Positions 8,944 to 18,982 of a stretch of 64,000 nucleotides of DNA are shown in pieces. Numbering within the stretch: position 1 is the first letter of the stretch; each line of letters opens with the position of its first letter. Position numbers and translations under genes: made by a program. Source of the stretch: an uncultured bacterium (GTDB lineage Bacteria > Babelota > Babeliae > Babelales > RVW-14); contig CAVXAT010000002.1 of the NCBI GenBank assembly GCA_963759805.1, forward strand, positions 128,001-192,000. Reading direction: 5' to 3'. The notes beneath the pieces are model-generated. The model did no database searches, was not told where the DNA came from, and saw nothing but the letters and a program-made list of their open reading frames with translations.

Positions 8944-10206
8944 ATGGATGACGGCACACTAAACACCTCATCCACATACTCACTATTCAACACTGAAGAA
9001 AAAATAACCCAAAATATGAGTTCTGATCCTATAATCGATTATGTGGATCAGATCATTTACAACGCAATCTCCATGCACGCATCTGATATCCATATGCAGC
9101 CTGAGGAGATGGGTGCTCGTACACGATACCGAATTGACGGCACACTCTACGACCAAGACGCAATAAATCCGGACATGCTAAAACTCGTGATTTCTCGAAT
9201 AAAAATCATTGCGGGATTGGATATAGCAGTTCAACGGCTTCCTCAAGATGGTAAAATCAAATTAAATATTAAAACACGTCCAACTGAAGCTAGTATACAA
9301 AATCAAAACCAATTTCAAGATCAAGATCAAGTTATAGATCTTCGAATTTCAACTTTTCCGTCAACATATGGCGAAAAAATGGTTGTCAGAATTCTTGATC
9401 GATCACACAATCTTTTAAATCTTGAATCTCTTGGCATGAATTCCAAAATGCTCACACATATCCAGAGTTTAATTAAAAAACCTCATGGATTTTTCTTGGT
9501 AACAGGTCCAACAGGATCCGGCAAAACAACAACTTTATATGCCATTCTTTCGGAATTGAATAAACCGGGAATAAACATTGTTACAATGGAAGATCCGGTT
9601 GAGTATGCCGTTCCGGGTATTACACAAAGCCAAGTAAATGACAAAGCAGGCTTTAGTTTCCAAAATGGATTGCGCTGCATGCTACGCCAGGACCCTGATA
9701 TTATAATGATTGGTGAAATACGGGATAAAATCACAGCGCAAATTGCAATTGAAGCCTCACTTACCGGACATCTTGTTTTTAGCACGTTGCACACAAACGA
9801 TGCCGCAGGGGCAGTCACTCGGCTTCTTGATATGGGAGTTGAACCATTTCTCATCAATGCTACGTTGACCGGAGTTTTGGCTCAAAGACTTGCTCGTAAG
9901 CTTTGCAATAAATGTAAAAGCGAGACAGAATCTAAAAATCCTGACATAAAAAATCTAAAAACTAATTTTGCAGCACCCGGCTGTGCTGACTGCTTTAATC
10001 TTGGGCACAAGGGACGCCTAGGCGTTTTTGAATTATTGGTTTTGGATGATCAGATAAGAGATCTGGTTTTGCAAAAAGCTGCAACAACAAACGTTGTGCA
10101 ACAGGCGCTAAAAACCGGAATGCAGACATTGATGAATGATGGGCTGGAAAAGGTTAATAGCGGACAAATTTCGCTCGAAGAGTTGTATGCAACTGTAACA
10201 GTTTAA
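8944..10206 (+). CDS. GspE/PilB-family secretion or pilus assembly ATPase (no long N-terminal domain)
   Basis: ASDIH, RLPQDG, GPTGSGKTTTLY, EDPVEY, LRQDPDIIMIGEIRD, STLHTNDA, CxxC..CxxC zinc motif. Confidence 0.93.
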   Translation: MDDGTLNTSSTYSLFNTEEKITQNMSSDPIIDYVDQIIYNAISMHASDIHMQPEEMGARTRYRIDGTLYDQDAINPDMLKLVISRIKIIAGLDIAVQRLPQDGKIKLNIKTRPTEASIQNQNQFQDQDQVIDLRISTFPSTYGEKMVVRILDRSHNLLNLESLGMNSKMLTHIQSLIKKPHGFFLVTGPTGSGKTTTLYAILSELNKPGINIVTMEDPVEYAVPGITQSQVNDKAGFSFQNGLRCMLRQDPDIIMIGEIRDKITAQIAIEASLTGHLVFSTLHTNDAAGAVTRLLDMGVEPFLINATLTGVLAQRLARKLCNKCKSETESKNPDIKNLKTNFAAPGCADCFNLGHKGRLGVFELLVLDDQIRDLVLQKAATTNVVQQALKTGMQTLMNDGLEKVNSGQISLEELYATVTV

Positions 10207-10222
10207 CGTCGAAACCAAAATT

Positions 10223-10251
10223 AAAAGGCCCGGGTTTCCGGGCCTTTTTTT
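10223..10251. terminator. bidirectional intrinsic terminator
   Basis: aaaaggcccgg-gttt-ccgggcctttttt between convergent genes. Confidence 0.85.
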
Positions 10252-10262
10252 ATAAGCTTTGT

Positions 10263-11480
10263 TTAATAAACTCTTTTAGTCCATTCTATAGGATCAACTG
10301 AAATATTTCTTACTCGTAACTCCCAATGTAGGTGGTATCCATTGGCATATCCGGTCATTCCAAGATTACCGATTGGATTCCCCTTTTTAACTATATCGCC
10401 AACATTAATATCTGCAAAATTTTCTAAGTGAAAGTAAAGTGTGAAAACTCCGCAACCATGATCCAAAACAACAGTGTTGCCCGATATTAAAAAGCGATCT
10501 TTTATAATAACTCTTCCAATTTGACTTGCCCAAACTACCGCCTTTGGATTATCTATCAAATCAACCCCACGATGCATATATCTCCCCAACTCAGGAGTCA
10601 TTCTTATCTCTCCAAAAGGCGTTGAAATTCGTTTGACATTTACAGGGAATTCAAATGGCCCATGCCACATTTTTTCTTTGGGTGACTGCTCAAGCCAACG
10701 CACAATTGCTTCGTCCAAAACCTTGGCACTTGCGCTAATCTCTTTTTCTTCCTCAAGTTTTTCCTTTTTCACAGTAAATCCGCGCTGATGAGGAAATTGG
10801 AATTCAATAATCCGGACTTGCGAATTTAGTTTCAAGTTATTATTTACTAGATCTTCCAAACACGCAGTGAGTTGATACTCTGCAGCAGCAGTCTCAGTTT
10901 CAATTGGAATAAAACATTCATAAGTTGTTGAGCCTTTGGAATCAGGAAAACATTCATATTTTGCAGATAAAAACTCAACTTCAGCTTTTGCCAGTTTTTT
11001 GTTTGATCGAATCTTAATATGCAACGTTTTGCCCTGATCAACCTTATAACCGGACTCTATAAATGCCGCCATAAGAGGGCTGTTGTCAACGCAAAACTCT
11101 GTCGACTGTACAGCTTTATTTTTATTAAAACTTGAATCTATAGCATAGACATCAAGCTTATGTTTTCCATCCGAATACGTTCTAATGTCTGTTGAGATTG
11201 GTATTTCAAATTTCTTCGCTCCAACCTTTTTTACCCCATTGAATTCAACCTCTTTCCCATCAATCAAAACACCAATTGGGGAAATTTTATAACCGGTATC
11301 TGCACAAACCGAGAACTTAAGCTCTTTTGCAAATGCTAAGTCAGTCTCAATTCCGCTAAGAGAAAACTTGGGCGCAGTGCTGTATGAAAAATATGTGTAT
11401 ATTGAACTTGCAATCCAACCTATTACACAGAAAATAACAATACCGCTGACAACCAATGGAAAACGTAATTTGTTAAACAT
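10263..11480 (-). CDS. M23-family metallopeptidase with N-terminal anchor and Ig-like region
   Basis: HRGVD, GNTVVLDHG, YFHL, GMTGYANGYHLHWE. Confidence 0.9.
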   Translation of the reverse strand: MFNKLRFPLVVSGIVIFCVIGWIASSIYTYFSYSTAPKFSLSGIETDLAFAKELKFSVCADTGYKISPIGVLIDGKEVEFNGVKKVGAKKFEIPISTDIRTYSDGKHKLDVYAIDSSFNKNKAVQSTEFCVDNSPLMAAFIESGYKVDQGKTLHIKIRSNKKLAKAEVEFLSAKYECFPDSKGSTTYECFIPIETETAAAEYQLTACLEDLVNNNLKLNSQVRIIEFQFPHQRGFTVKKEKLEEEKEISASAKVLDEAIVRWLEQSPKEKMWHGPFEFPVNVKRISTPFGEIRMTPELGRYMHRGVDLIDNPKAVVWASQIGRVIIKDRFLISGNTVVLDHGCGVFTLYFHLENFADINVGDIVKKGNPIGNLGMTGYANGYHLHWELRVRNISVDPIEWTKRVY

Positions 11481-11743
11481 ATCCTACTTTCAGACATAAA
11501 ATTAGATAAAAAATTAGACAATAACAAACCTAGGTCTATAAAATACATCATTTTTAAAGCTCTTCAAATAAAATTTGATAATTAATTTAAAATCAACAGT
11601 TTTTATCACTTTTAGCGAATTTGGATCTAAATATTGGGTTAAAAAGCGAAAAAACAACACCCATTTGAATAATAGAAAATATTCCCATACAATGTAAGTA
11701 TAGTTTATGTAACAATAACATTTTGTATTTTATAGGAATTAAC

Positions 11744-12724
11744 ATGAATTTAAGAAAAATATTTTTAATCACAGCTCTCTTCACCTCTCCATTTTATTTA
11801 ATTTATGGAATGGATGACAAAATGGATGACGGAAGGGATGATGAATTCCGTTGTTTTTTAGGAGTTCCACAACCATTATTAGAATATGAGGCTATGGAAC
11901 AATCATCTGATGCAACCCATGAAGATTTGCAGATGCAGACATCTGATGCACAATCTTTGGTGGAAAAAATTAAACACGAAATCACAACTCTAAATCTTAC
12001 AGCAATTGGGTCACTGTTGGCATCTGAGCCTGCGGCAAGATTGACCAGCGAACAAAGACGAGAGCTCTATCAAGAAGCACTCGGCCGTGAGGAAGAAATT
12101 TCAAAATTACTTGAAGACGGAATTTGCATATCAGGTGCAGCTGGCAATATAGAAAGAATCATTAGCTATCTTTATGCATTTCAGTTTATTGAAAAATTTG
12201 AATTCCCTAGAACGTTATTTACCAATCCACCTTATCATCGCAAAATTCATCCTGAAATTGGGCCCAATGTGCCATTAAATTCAGTTCTAGATGCATTAAT
12301 AAAAAACGAGAAGGAAGGTATATTAGTTTGTTGTTTTCATATTTCAGATTCTGAGATAGCAAAATCTTTGATGTTTAGAAATAGGGTTGGTGTCAAAGTT
12401 GAAATTGTAACCAATCAACAACAGGCCGAGAACATGTCAGCAATTAAACTTTTAATTAGAAGTGGCATCGAGGTGTCATGTCCAGCTGGACACCGATTCG
12501 AAACCGACCATCATAAATTCATTATATTTAAACGTAATATATTAAATAAATGTCTTGTTTGGCATGGTTCATATAATCCAACAAATTTCTCTAATACAAG
12601 CGCATGGGAAGACGTAACAATAGATGACAATCCAGAAGTACACCAACGCTATTCAGCCAGATTTCTGGAAATTAAGGCCGCCAGTACACGTATGACAATA
12701 GATATGCTGCCCAAAACACACTAG
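11744..12724 (+). CDS. secreted single-HKD phospholipase D / Nuc-like protein
   Basis: HHKFIIFK...WHGSYNPT...WED in the C-terminal domain; signal-peptide-like N-terminus from ATG 11744. Confidence 0.75.
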   Translation: MNLRKIFLITALFTSPFYLIYGMDDKMDDGRDDEFRCFLGVPQPLLEYEAMEQSSDATHEDLQMQTSDAQSLVEKIKHEITTLNLTAIGSLLASEPAARLTSEQRRELYQEALGREEEISKLLEDGICISGAAGNIERIISYLYAFQFIEKFEFPRTLFTNPPYHRKIHPEIGPNVPLNSVLDALIKNEKEGILVCCFHISDSEIAKSLMFRNRVGVKVEIVTNQQQAENMSAIKLLIRSGIEVSCPAGHRFETDHHKFIIFKRNILNKCLVWHGSYNPTNFSNTSAWEDVTIDDNPEVHQRYSARFLEIKAASTRMTIDMLPKTH

Positions 12725-12789
12725 ATCTAATTCATGTATATTTTAAATAAAAAAATAAACTTGTATAACTGTATCGGAAATTTGAACTC

Positions 12790-14589
12790 ATGAAAGAGAT
12801 TGATAGTAAAAATCTAGAAACACAGATCAAAAATCTTCCCAGAAACTCTGGCGTTTATCTTTTTAAAGATTCTCAGGATCTTGTTTTGTATATTGGCAAA
12901 GCCAAAAACTTAAAAAGTCGCGTATCAAGTTATTTAAAAAGCGATGACATAAAATCCTACTCACTACGGCAAGAGAGTGAGCATCTAGATTTTATAGTAA
13001 CAAAAAATGAACTTGAAGCCATGCTTCTTGAAGCAAAATTAATTCAAACGCATCAACCGAAATTCAATGTACTTTTGAAAACTGGGCAGCCTTTTTTATG
13101 GATTCTAATAAGCCAAAATCTATCATCTGTCACATTACCTGAACTTAAGCTTGTACGTAATCAAAAACAGAAAGGCACATATTTCGGCCCATTTTTAGAA
13201 AAAAACTCGGCACGAAAGGTTTATGATTTCCTAATCAAGACATTCAGATTAAAACTGTGCAAAAAAAAGATTCCTAGCGGCTGCCTTGCGTACCACATGG
13301 GAATCTGTGCAGGAAAATGTAGACCTGATTTTGATAAAAACAGTTATCTGGAAAGAATCGAGCTTGCAAAGTTTGCACTAAAGAACAATCATGCCGAATT
13401 TTTAAAACATTTAAAAAGTTTAATCAAAGAACATAACAAAAAGATGGAATTTGAAAAGGCTCGTCAACTTCACAGTTATATGGCTGCATTTGAGAGAGTT
13501 TTTGATATTCTTGAAACTAAGCCAATAACAAAATTCAAACTCGATGAAAAAGATATCTGGTTTTTAACAGAAGACAAGTCTGCACTATTTTTATTTAAAG
13601 AGAAAAACAGTGTTCTTATAAAAAAAGAGGCTTTTTACTTTCCCAAAGAGTATCAATTGCCAGCCCAGTTTCTGGCTCCATTAGAACAAACCCTTCGACA
13701 GGCTCAGGGTGAGCGCAGAGAGCACCTTGAAGAACCCGCTCGTGGCGCCTGCCCGCCGAAGCTAAACCTAAGCGAAGGCTGGGAGCTTGTCGAACCATTT
13801 CAATGGGTTCTTAAGGCTCAGAAGAGGGCTCAGAAAAACTCTAATATCAAAGAATCTAGTTATCTAGATTTTTTTGAAAGTTACTATCGAACTTATCCCG
13901 CCCCATCAATCATTTTAGTTAATTTTGAAATTGATAATGCAACCCAAAAACTTTATCAAAAATTCATAAAATCTTGGCATAAGAAAAGTTATGACGTCTC
14001 AATAATAATGAAGCCCGAATCCGGCCACTTTGCCAATCTGATCAAGTTAGCAAAAATTCATGTAGATGCAGAAATATCAAAACAGGCCACAATTCCAAAA
14101 GCACTGAAAAGTCTACTAAAACTCCCAATTGAGCCCCACACTATTGATTGTTTTGATATTTCACATAAACAGGGCATGTACATGGTTGGATCATGTGTAC
14201 GTTTTGCCGATAACATCCCGGACAAAAAAAATTTTAGGCATTTTTATATAAAAAGCATAGAACAACAAAATGACTATGCCGCGTTGCATGAAATTGTTCA
14301 ACGCAGGTACAGAAATACAAACGAACTTCCCGATTTAATCTTAATTGATGGAGGCAAGGGGCAACTCAACGCCGTCCAGAAACTATTTCCACAGGCAGAA
14401 TTTGCAAGCTTGGCAAAAAAAGAAGAAACTGTTTTTTCTAAACGAATTCCTGAGGGTAAAAAACTGAATTTAAAAAGTTTTGTGGGACAAACATTAACCG
14501 CTCTTAGAGATTATGCACACCACTTTGCGATAAGTTTTCATCGCAAAGTGGAACACAAAAATTCATTTGATATTAACTCAATCGATTGA
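12790..14589 (+). CDS. uvrC: excinuclease ABC subunit C, with an in-frame palindromic insertion and no C-terminal HhH
   Basis: GIY-YIG (GVYLF..YIGKAKNLKSRVSSY), UVR helix (MEFEKA), RNase H-like IDCFDISH, PDLILIDGGKGQL, RDYAHHFAISFHR. Confidence 0.93.
   Translation: MKEIDSKNLETQIKNLPRNSGVYLFKDSQDLVLYIGKAKNLKSRVSSYLKSDDIKSYSLRQESEHLDFIVTKNELEAMLLEAKLIQTHQPKFNVLLKTGQPFLWILISQNLSSVTLPELKLVRNQKQKGTYFGPFLEKNSARKVYDFLIKTFRLKLCKKKIPSGCLAYHMGICAGKCRPDFDKNSYLERIELAKFALKNNHAEFLKHLKSLIKEHNKKMEFEKARQLHSYMAAFERVFDILETKPITKFKLDEKDIWFLTEDKSALFLFKEKNSVLIKKEAFYFPKEYQLPAQFLAPLEQTLRQAQGERREHLEEPARGACPPKLNLSEGWELVEPFQWVLKAQKRAQKNSNIKESSYLDFFESYYRTYPAPSIILVNFEIDNATQKLYQKFIKSWHKKSYDVSIIMKPESGHFANLIKLAKIHVDAEISKQATIPKALKSLLKLPIEPHTIDCFDISHKQGMYMVGSCVRFADNIPDKKNFRHFYIKSIEQQNDYAALHEIVQRRYRNTNELPDLILIDGGKGQLNAVQKLFPQAEFASLAKKEETVFSKRIPEGKKLNLKSFVGQTLTALRDYAHHFAISFHRKVEHKNSFDINSID
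13691..13798 (+). repeat. inverted A-element doublet in uvrC with a nested 36-bp B element (13747..13782)
   Basis: cccttcgacaggctcagggtgagcg-spacer-cccgctcgtggc-[gcctgcccgccgaagctaaacctaagcgaaggctgg]-gagcttgtcgaaccat; 108 bp, 36 codons. Confidence 0.9.
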
Positions 14590-14928
14590 ATCTAGTTTTG
14601 TAAGCAAGTCGACAGCCCCTGACATATTTTCTTTCAATTTTTCTTTGCAAATTTCAATATTATTCATGCAGATTGAATGTTCAGGATTGTGCGCAAGCGC
14701 CAAAGTATAAGATTTGATGGCATTTTGAAAATCACCTCTTCGTTGTGAAAGTTTTCCCAAATCATAATAAAGCTTACCCATATCTTCATTAAAATCATTA
14801 ACAGAGTAACCACCATAGTCCTGATCGCTACTACTTTTAAAGAAAGGCAAAAAAAACCATACGCACATAAATAAAATAGCAACCCAAACAACCGGCACTT
14901 GCATTCGTAAAACCATCATCATCTCCAC
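14578..14928 (-). CDS. small membrane-anchored TPR protein
   Basis: TM helix then YYDLG...GDFQNAIKSYTLALAHNP. Confidence 0.7.
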   Translation of the reverse strand: MEMMMVLRMQVPVVWVAILFMCVWFFLPFFKSSSDQDYGGYSVNDFNEDMGKLYYDLGKLSQRRGDFQNAIKSYTLALAHNPEHSICMNNIEICKEKLKENMSGAVDLLTKLDSID

Positions 14929-14966
14929 CCAAATATCAAAATAGCCCTTATTATTTTGTTAAAATA

Positions 14967-15923
14967 TTATTTTTTGTTAAAAAGTTCTTTAATCGTTGTA
15001 AGCGAACCCATCAAAGCTGTAGCCTCATAAGGCATCATTATAATTTTATCGTCTTTGCCTTTTGTAATCTCAGGCAATGTTTTAATGTAATTAATTGCAA
15101 CCATGTATGGCAAAGGATCAGCGTTGGGGATAGCTTTTCTGACAACTTCAATTGAATCAGCTTCTGCTTGAGACAAAATCAATCTGGCCTCAGCCTCTCC
15201 CTTTGCACGAGTAACTTTAGACTGATAGTCACCCTCAGCACAAAGAATTGCCGATGACTTTTGTCCTTCTGCTTCCAAAATCAAGGCACGACGATCACGC
15301 TCTGCTCTCATCTGTTTTTCCATTGCCTGCCGAATGTCAACAGGAGGCATAATCTCTTGTAACTCAACTCTATTAACTTTGACGCCCCATTTTTCGGTTG
15401 CATCATCAAGCACGTGCCTCAATCTCTCATTAATTCTATCACGCGACGTTAATGTTTCATCCAAATCCATCGAACCGATTATGTTTCGCATGGTAGTTTG
15501 TGTCAGTTTTTCAATCGCAAGGGGAAGGTCTGCAACTTCATAAATGGCAGCCTTAGGATCAGTAATTTGATAGTAAAGTAAAACGCTTATTTCGATCGAA
15601 ACATTATCTTTAGTTATAACACTCTGCCTTGGAAAGTCATAAACGGTTTCTCGTAAATCAATTCTATCAATAAAAGAGTTATATCTGTAAGTAACTTTTC
15701 CGCGAGGATCATCTTTTAAAAGAGTCCAGTAAACACTTCTGGGTTGATCCATAAATGGCACAACAAAATGCAACCCAGAGGTAAGCATCTTGTGAAAACA
15801 CCCAAAGCGTTCAATCATAACAACTTCAGCTTGCCTGACCAGATAAGTTGATTTCAGAAGAGCTGCAAGCAAAAATATAAACAAGACAGCAAAAAATACG
15901 GAAATAATCATTGTAATCATCAT
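14967..15923 (-). CDS. SPFH/stomatin-like protein (QmcA type)
   Basis: ERFG, GLHFVVPF, QSVITKDNV, WGVKVNRVELQEI, AMEKQMRAERDRRA. Confidence 0.93.
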   Translation of the reverse strand: MMITMIISVFFAVLFIFLLAALLKSTYLVRQAEVVMIERFGCFHKMLTSGLHFVVPFMDQPRSVYWTLLKDDPRGKVTYRYNSFIDRIDLRETVYDFPRQSVITKDNVSIEISVLLYYQITDPKAAIYEVADLPLAIEKLTQTTMRNIIGSMDLDETLTSRDRINERLRHVLDDATEKWGVKVNRVELQEIMPPVDIRQAMEKQMRAERDRRALILEAEGQKSSAILCAEGDYQSKVTRAKGEAEARLILSQAEADSIEVVRKAIPNADPLPYMVAINYIKTLPEITKGKDDKIIMMPYEATALMGSLTTIKELFNKK

Positions 15924-16423
15924 AAACTCCTAACAACAAGCTTGTTACCCTGAATATCAACAATTTTAACAACAGTGCCAATTTGCAACATAGAGCCATC
16001 TCTTATAATTGCCCCCCACAACTCTCTATTAACTTTGACCGCCCCAGGTTGATTCACACTAATTGGTTCAACAACTACCGCCTCTTGCCCAATCAACGCA
16101 TCAACATTTGTTTTATTATCAAGATTTTTGGTTTTGTGTGTTGCAAAAAAAGATTTAATAGCAATGAAACAGACTGCCCCACCCAGAAGTGCAATCACAA
16201 TTTGAAAAATTATTGAGAAATCAAAAAAAGCTACGATTGCAGCACACACGGCACCACATGCAAAGGCAACGAAAAAAAATAACCCTGGAGTTGAAAGTTC
16301 AAGAAGAAGCAGTACCAGAGCAAGAATCAGCCACACATAGGGCGTATATCCAAGATATTGAACCAGTAAATTATTATTAAGTTCCCTATAATATTCTTTC
16401 ATAGTCCAAAAATATTCTTTCAT
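15920..16423 (-). CDS. NfeD/YbbJ-like membrane protein
   Basis: TM helices plus LIGQEAVV..GAVKVNRELW..V.IV.IQGNKLVV OB fold; overlaps the SPFH gene as is typical. Confidence 0.88.
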   Translation of the reverse strand: MKEYFWTMKEYYRELNNNLLVQYLGYTPYVWLILALVLLLLELSTPGLFFFVAFACGAVCAAIVAFFDFSIIFQIVIALLGGAVCFIAIKSFFATHKTKNLDNKTNVDALIGQEAVVVEPISVNQPGAVKVNRELWGAIIRDGSMLQIGTVVKIVDIQGNKLVVRSL

Positions 16424-16790
16424 AAAGCCCTCTTCTTTCGTAAAGACCTATACATCGGTTAAAATATAATTAGATTTTACCAGAACCCCATAAAATCTAA
16501 ACAAAAATCTGTCATACCTACAAAATATCTTTGCCAGCCAAGCTTTAAAGCCAACCCAACAACAAATATTTTCAAACAAGCAAAAACTGCCGATCAGCTT
16601 GCACTATTCTTTCAAGCATAAATTTTTATATGCCAAACCAGCACATTATCTTGATTATCGTCTTAAAACATGTAAAGATAAACAATCGACTAAAGTAATA
16701 AAGGTTATCAAAAAGCTACTGACTCTCGCAAATTATAATTTAGATAATAATCTAGAAAATTAACGGTTTATTGAAAATAAGGGTTTATTC

Positions 16791-17582
16791 ATGAATAAAA
16801 GTTTCGTTAAGACACGTCTTGTAAAAACAAGTTTTCTAATCCTATCTTTAGGCGCAGCAACATTTATCTGTGGCTGCAGTAAACAAAAAAGCCGAAATGA
16901 ACTAGGATATGAAGAGCTCAAACAACAGGCTTACGCAGATTTAAGTAATAAAAAAGAGGATTCTGCATCGGAGTACTTGGAAGAGATAGTGACACGTTTT
17001 GCCGACCGCCAGGATATCTCGCAACACAAATTAGCCTTAGCCGAAACCTATTTTAAACTTGGAAAGTTCCCATCAGCTTACGAACTTTACAACAATTTTG
17101 CACAATTCTATCCATCCGATGAAAATGCAGAGTATGCAAAGTACCGTGCAATTCTTTCAAAATTTTACCAAACTCTAAATCCTAACTGCGACCAGACAAC
17201 AACAATTGAGGCAACCAAGCTTTGCAAAGAGTATCTTGATACCCCTGCCTACAAAAAGCATGCCTCTGATGTACGTGATATACAACATACATGCGAATTT
17301 AAGCTAATAGACAAAGAGGTTTACGTATTTAATTTTTATTTACATCAAAAAAAGTACGTTGCTGCGCAAAATCGCATAAATTCATTAGAAAAAGAGTATT
17401 TACCTAAGAATCCAAGCCTTGAGGCCCGCATTCTTTACCTGAAGTGTCAGCTGGCAAAAAAACAAAAAAAGAACACAGAATTTAAGCAACATCTTGAACA
17501 GTTATTAATGAAGTTCCCGGATTCACAATTCACGCAACTGGCGCAGGGAATTAAGAGCAAACCTACTGATATGTTCTTTTAA
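16791..17582 (+). CDS. bamD: outer-membrane assembly lipoprotein BamD-like
   Basis: Lipobox (ICGC), TPR helices, YPSDENAEYAKY, DQTTT, FY....YVAAQNR, FPDSQF. Confidence 0.8.
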   Translation: MNKSFVKTRLVKTSFLILSLGAATFICGCSKQKSRNELGYEELKQQAYADLSNKKEDSASEYLEEIVTRFADRQDISQHKLALAETYFKLGKFPSAYELYNNFAQFYPSDENAEYAKYRAILSKFYQTLNPNCDQTTTIEATKLCKEYLDTPAYKKHASDVRDIQHTCEFKLIDKEVYVFNFYLHQKKYVAAQNRINSLEKEYLPKNPSLEARILYLKCQLAKKQKKNTEFKQHLEQLLMKFPDSQFTQLAQGIKSKPTDMFF

Positions 17583-17603
17583 GCCGCGCCATACACATAA
17601 TTC

Positions 17604-17975
17604 ATGACAATCACAAACAAAAAATTAGTTGGAATAACAGGAGAGCAAGCCGTTGAAAAATGGCTTGCTCTTAATAATTTTAAGATTCTCGCTCGCAACT
17701 ACAGTATTCGATATGGCGAAGTGGACCTGATCGCACAGCATGATGACGTCATCGCTTTTATAGAAGTAAAAACCCGAAAAACAGAATATTTTCCAACTTC
17801 ACTTGTCGTGAATAGATCCAAGCAACTCAAAATTATAAAAGCTGCCAAGCATTTTGTCTTGCAAAATCAAATTAGAGACAAAGTCTTACGATTCGATGTC
17901 GCAACCGTTCATTTAAAAGAAAATAATGAGCACGAAGTTACATATATTCCAAATGCCTTCATGAGACCGGAGTAA
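17604..17975 (+). CDS. yraN: YraN/UPF0102-family endonuclease-like protein
   Basis: G.TGE, RNY..RYGEVDLIA, FIEVKTR, RFDV, YIPNAF. Confidence 0.9.
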   Translation: MTITNKKLVGITGEQAVEKWLALNNFKILARNYSIRYGEVDLIAQHDDVIAFIEVKTRKTEYFPTSLVVNRSKQLKIIKAAKHFVLQNQIRDKVLRFDVATVHLKENNEHEVTYIPNAFMRPE

Positions 17976-18043
17976 CAGACAGCCCTTTTATTAAAAGCAG
18001 CCAAAAATAGTTCAAAAATGCCCATTTTTTACGTTTTTTTTAA

Positions 18044-18076
18044 TTTAACGGCAATTTAATGGCAGTTTAATGGCAA
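18044..18076. repeat. three tandem 11-bp repeats tttaa(c/t)ggca(a/g)
   Basis: tttaacggcaa tttaatggcag tttaatggcaa in the convergent intergenic region. Confidence 0.7.
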
Positions 18077-18172
18077 TACCAAAAAGATCACCCAATTTAA
18101 TAAGAGATCTTGATGCTCGCCAACAGTTCAGGCCAAATTTAAATAAAAAATTATTTTGAGCATTAAAATTTT

Positions 18173-18982
18173 TCAGCGACCATCAATTTCAAATTCTTTT
18201 TTCAAATAACTTTGTTCAATAGGGGTAAAGGCACACCATGCCAAAATCAATTGAACCGGATCACCATCTTTGTTCAAGTGAGGCAGATTTACAATATCAT
18301 AAAATTCATTCATTCTGTTTTGTTTTTTGAGATATTTAAGAATCAAAATTAATAGAACTTGATTAAAATCTGTAACATTACGACATATCATTAAAGGGAC
18401 AGCAGGTATTCCCGCCCAAGTGACCACATATTTGCCATCAGGACTCCATGCCCCCGATTTCCTCCGGCCGTTTGATGTTACTTCGTATAGATCAAATGAT
18501 GCCCCTTCAATAATATCTCCCTCGGGATTCAATGCTACCGAGCACATCGAATCTTTATACGATGCAAGCGTTCTGCATTCTCCTGTTTCTACATTCCATT
18601 CCCTTGCCGTTCCATCAGATAATACCCCTGCAATATATTCACCATCAGGACTCCATACTACTGAGCTCATCCGTCTTTCACTCTCAGCACCCAAGGTTTT
18701 GTGCAACACAAAAAAATCGGGTAATAAGCTCGCTGCCAAACCTTTTGGCACTTCAGGATCTTCACAATACTTTTCAAAAAAATTTAATTTTTCAAAAAAG
18801 TTTAACGTTTCGACATCCCCTGCAATCAATTTTTCTATAAAAGCGTCTGTTTTCACAATACTCGCAACACATGCAGTACAACTTTCCTGCAATTTTGGCA
18901 TAGCAACCAAAACTGTTTTTTGAGAGCAAGTGATCAAGGGTAAAATCAAAAATAATTTTGTTGTTTTAAATAAATTTTTCAT
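18173..18982 (-). CDS. secreted WD40-repeat protein, shorter paralogue
   Basis: WSPDG repeats; long near-identical DNA blocks shared with 18979..20037. Confidence 0.8.
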   Translation of the reverse strand: MKNLFKTTKLFLILPLITCSQKTVLVAMPKLQESCTACVASIVKTDAFIEKLIAGDVETLNFFEKLNFFEKYCEDPEVPKGLAASLLPDFFVLHKTLGAESERRMSSVVWSPDGEYIAGVLSDGTAREWNVETGECRTLASYKDSMCSVALNPEGDIIEGASFDLYEVTSNGRRKSGAWSPDGKYVVTWAGIPAVPLMICRNVTDFNQVLLILILKYLKKQNRMNEFYDIVNLPHLNKDGDPVQLILAWCAFTPIEQSYLKKEFEIDGR

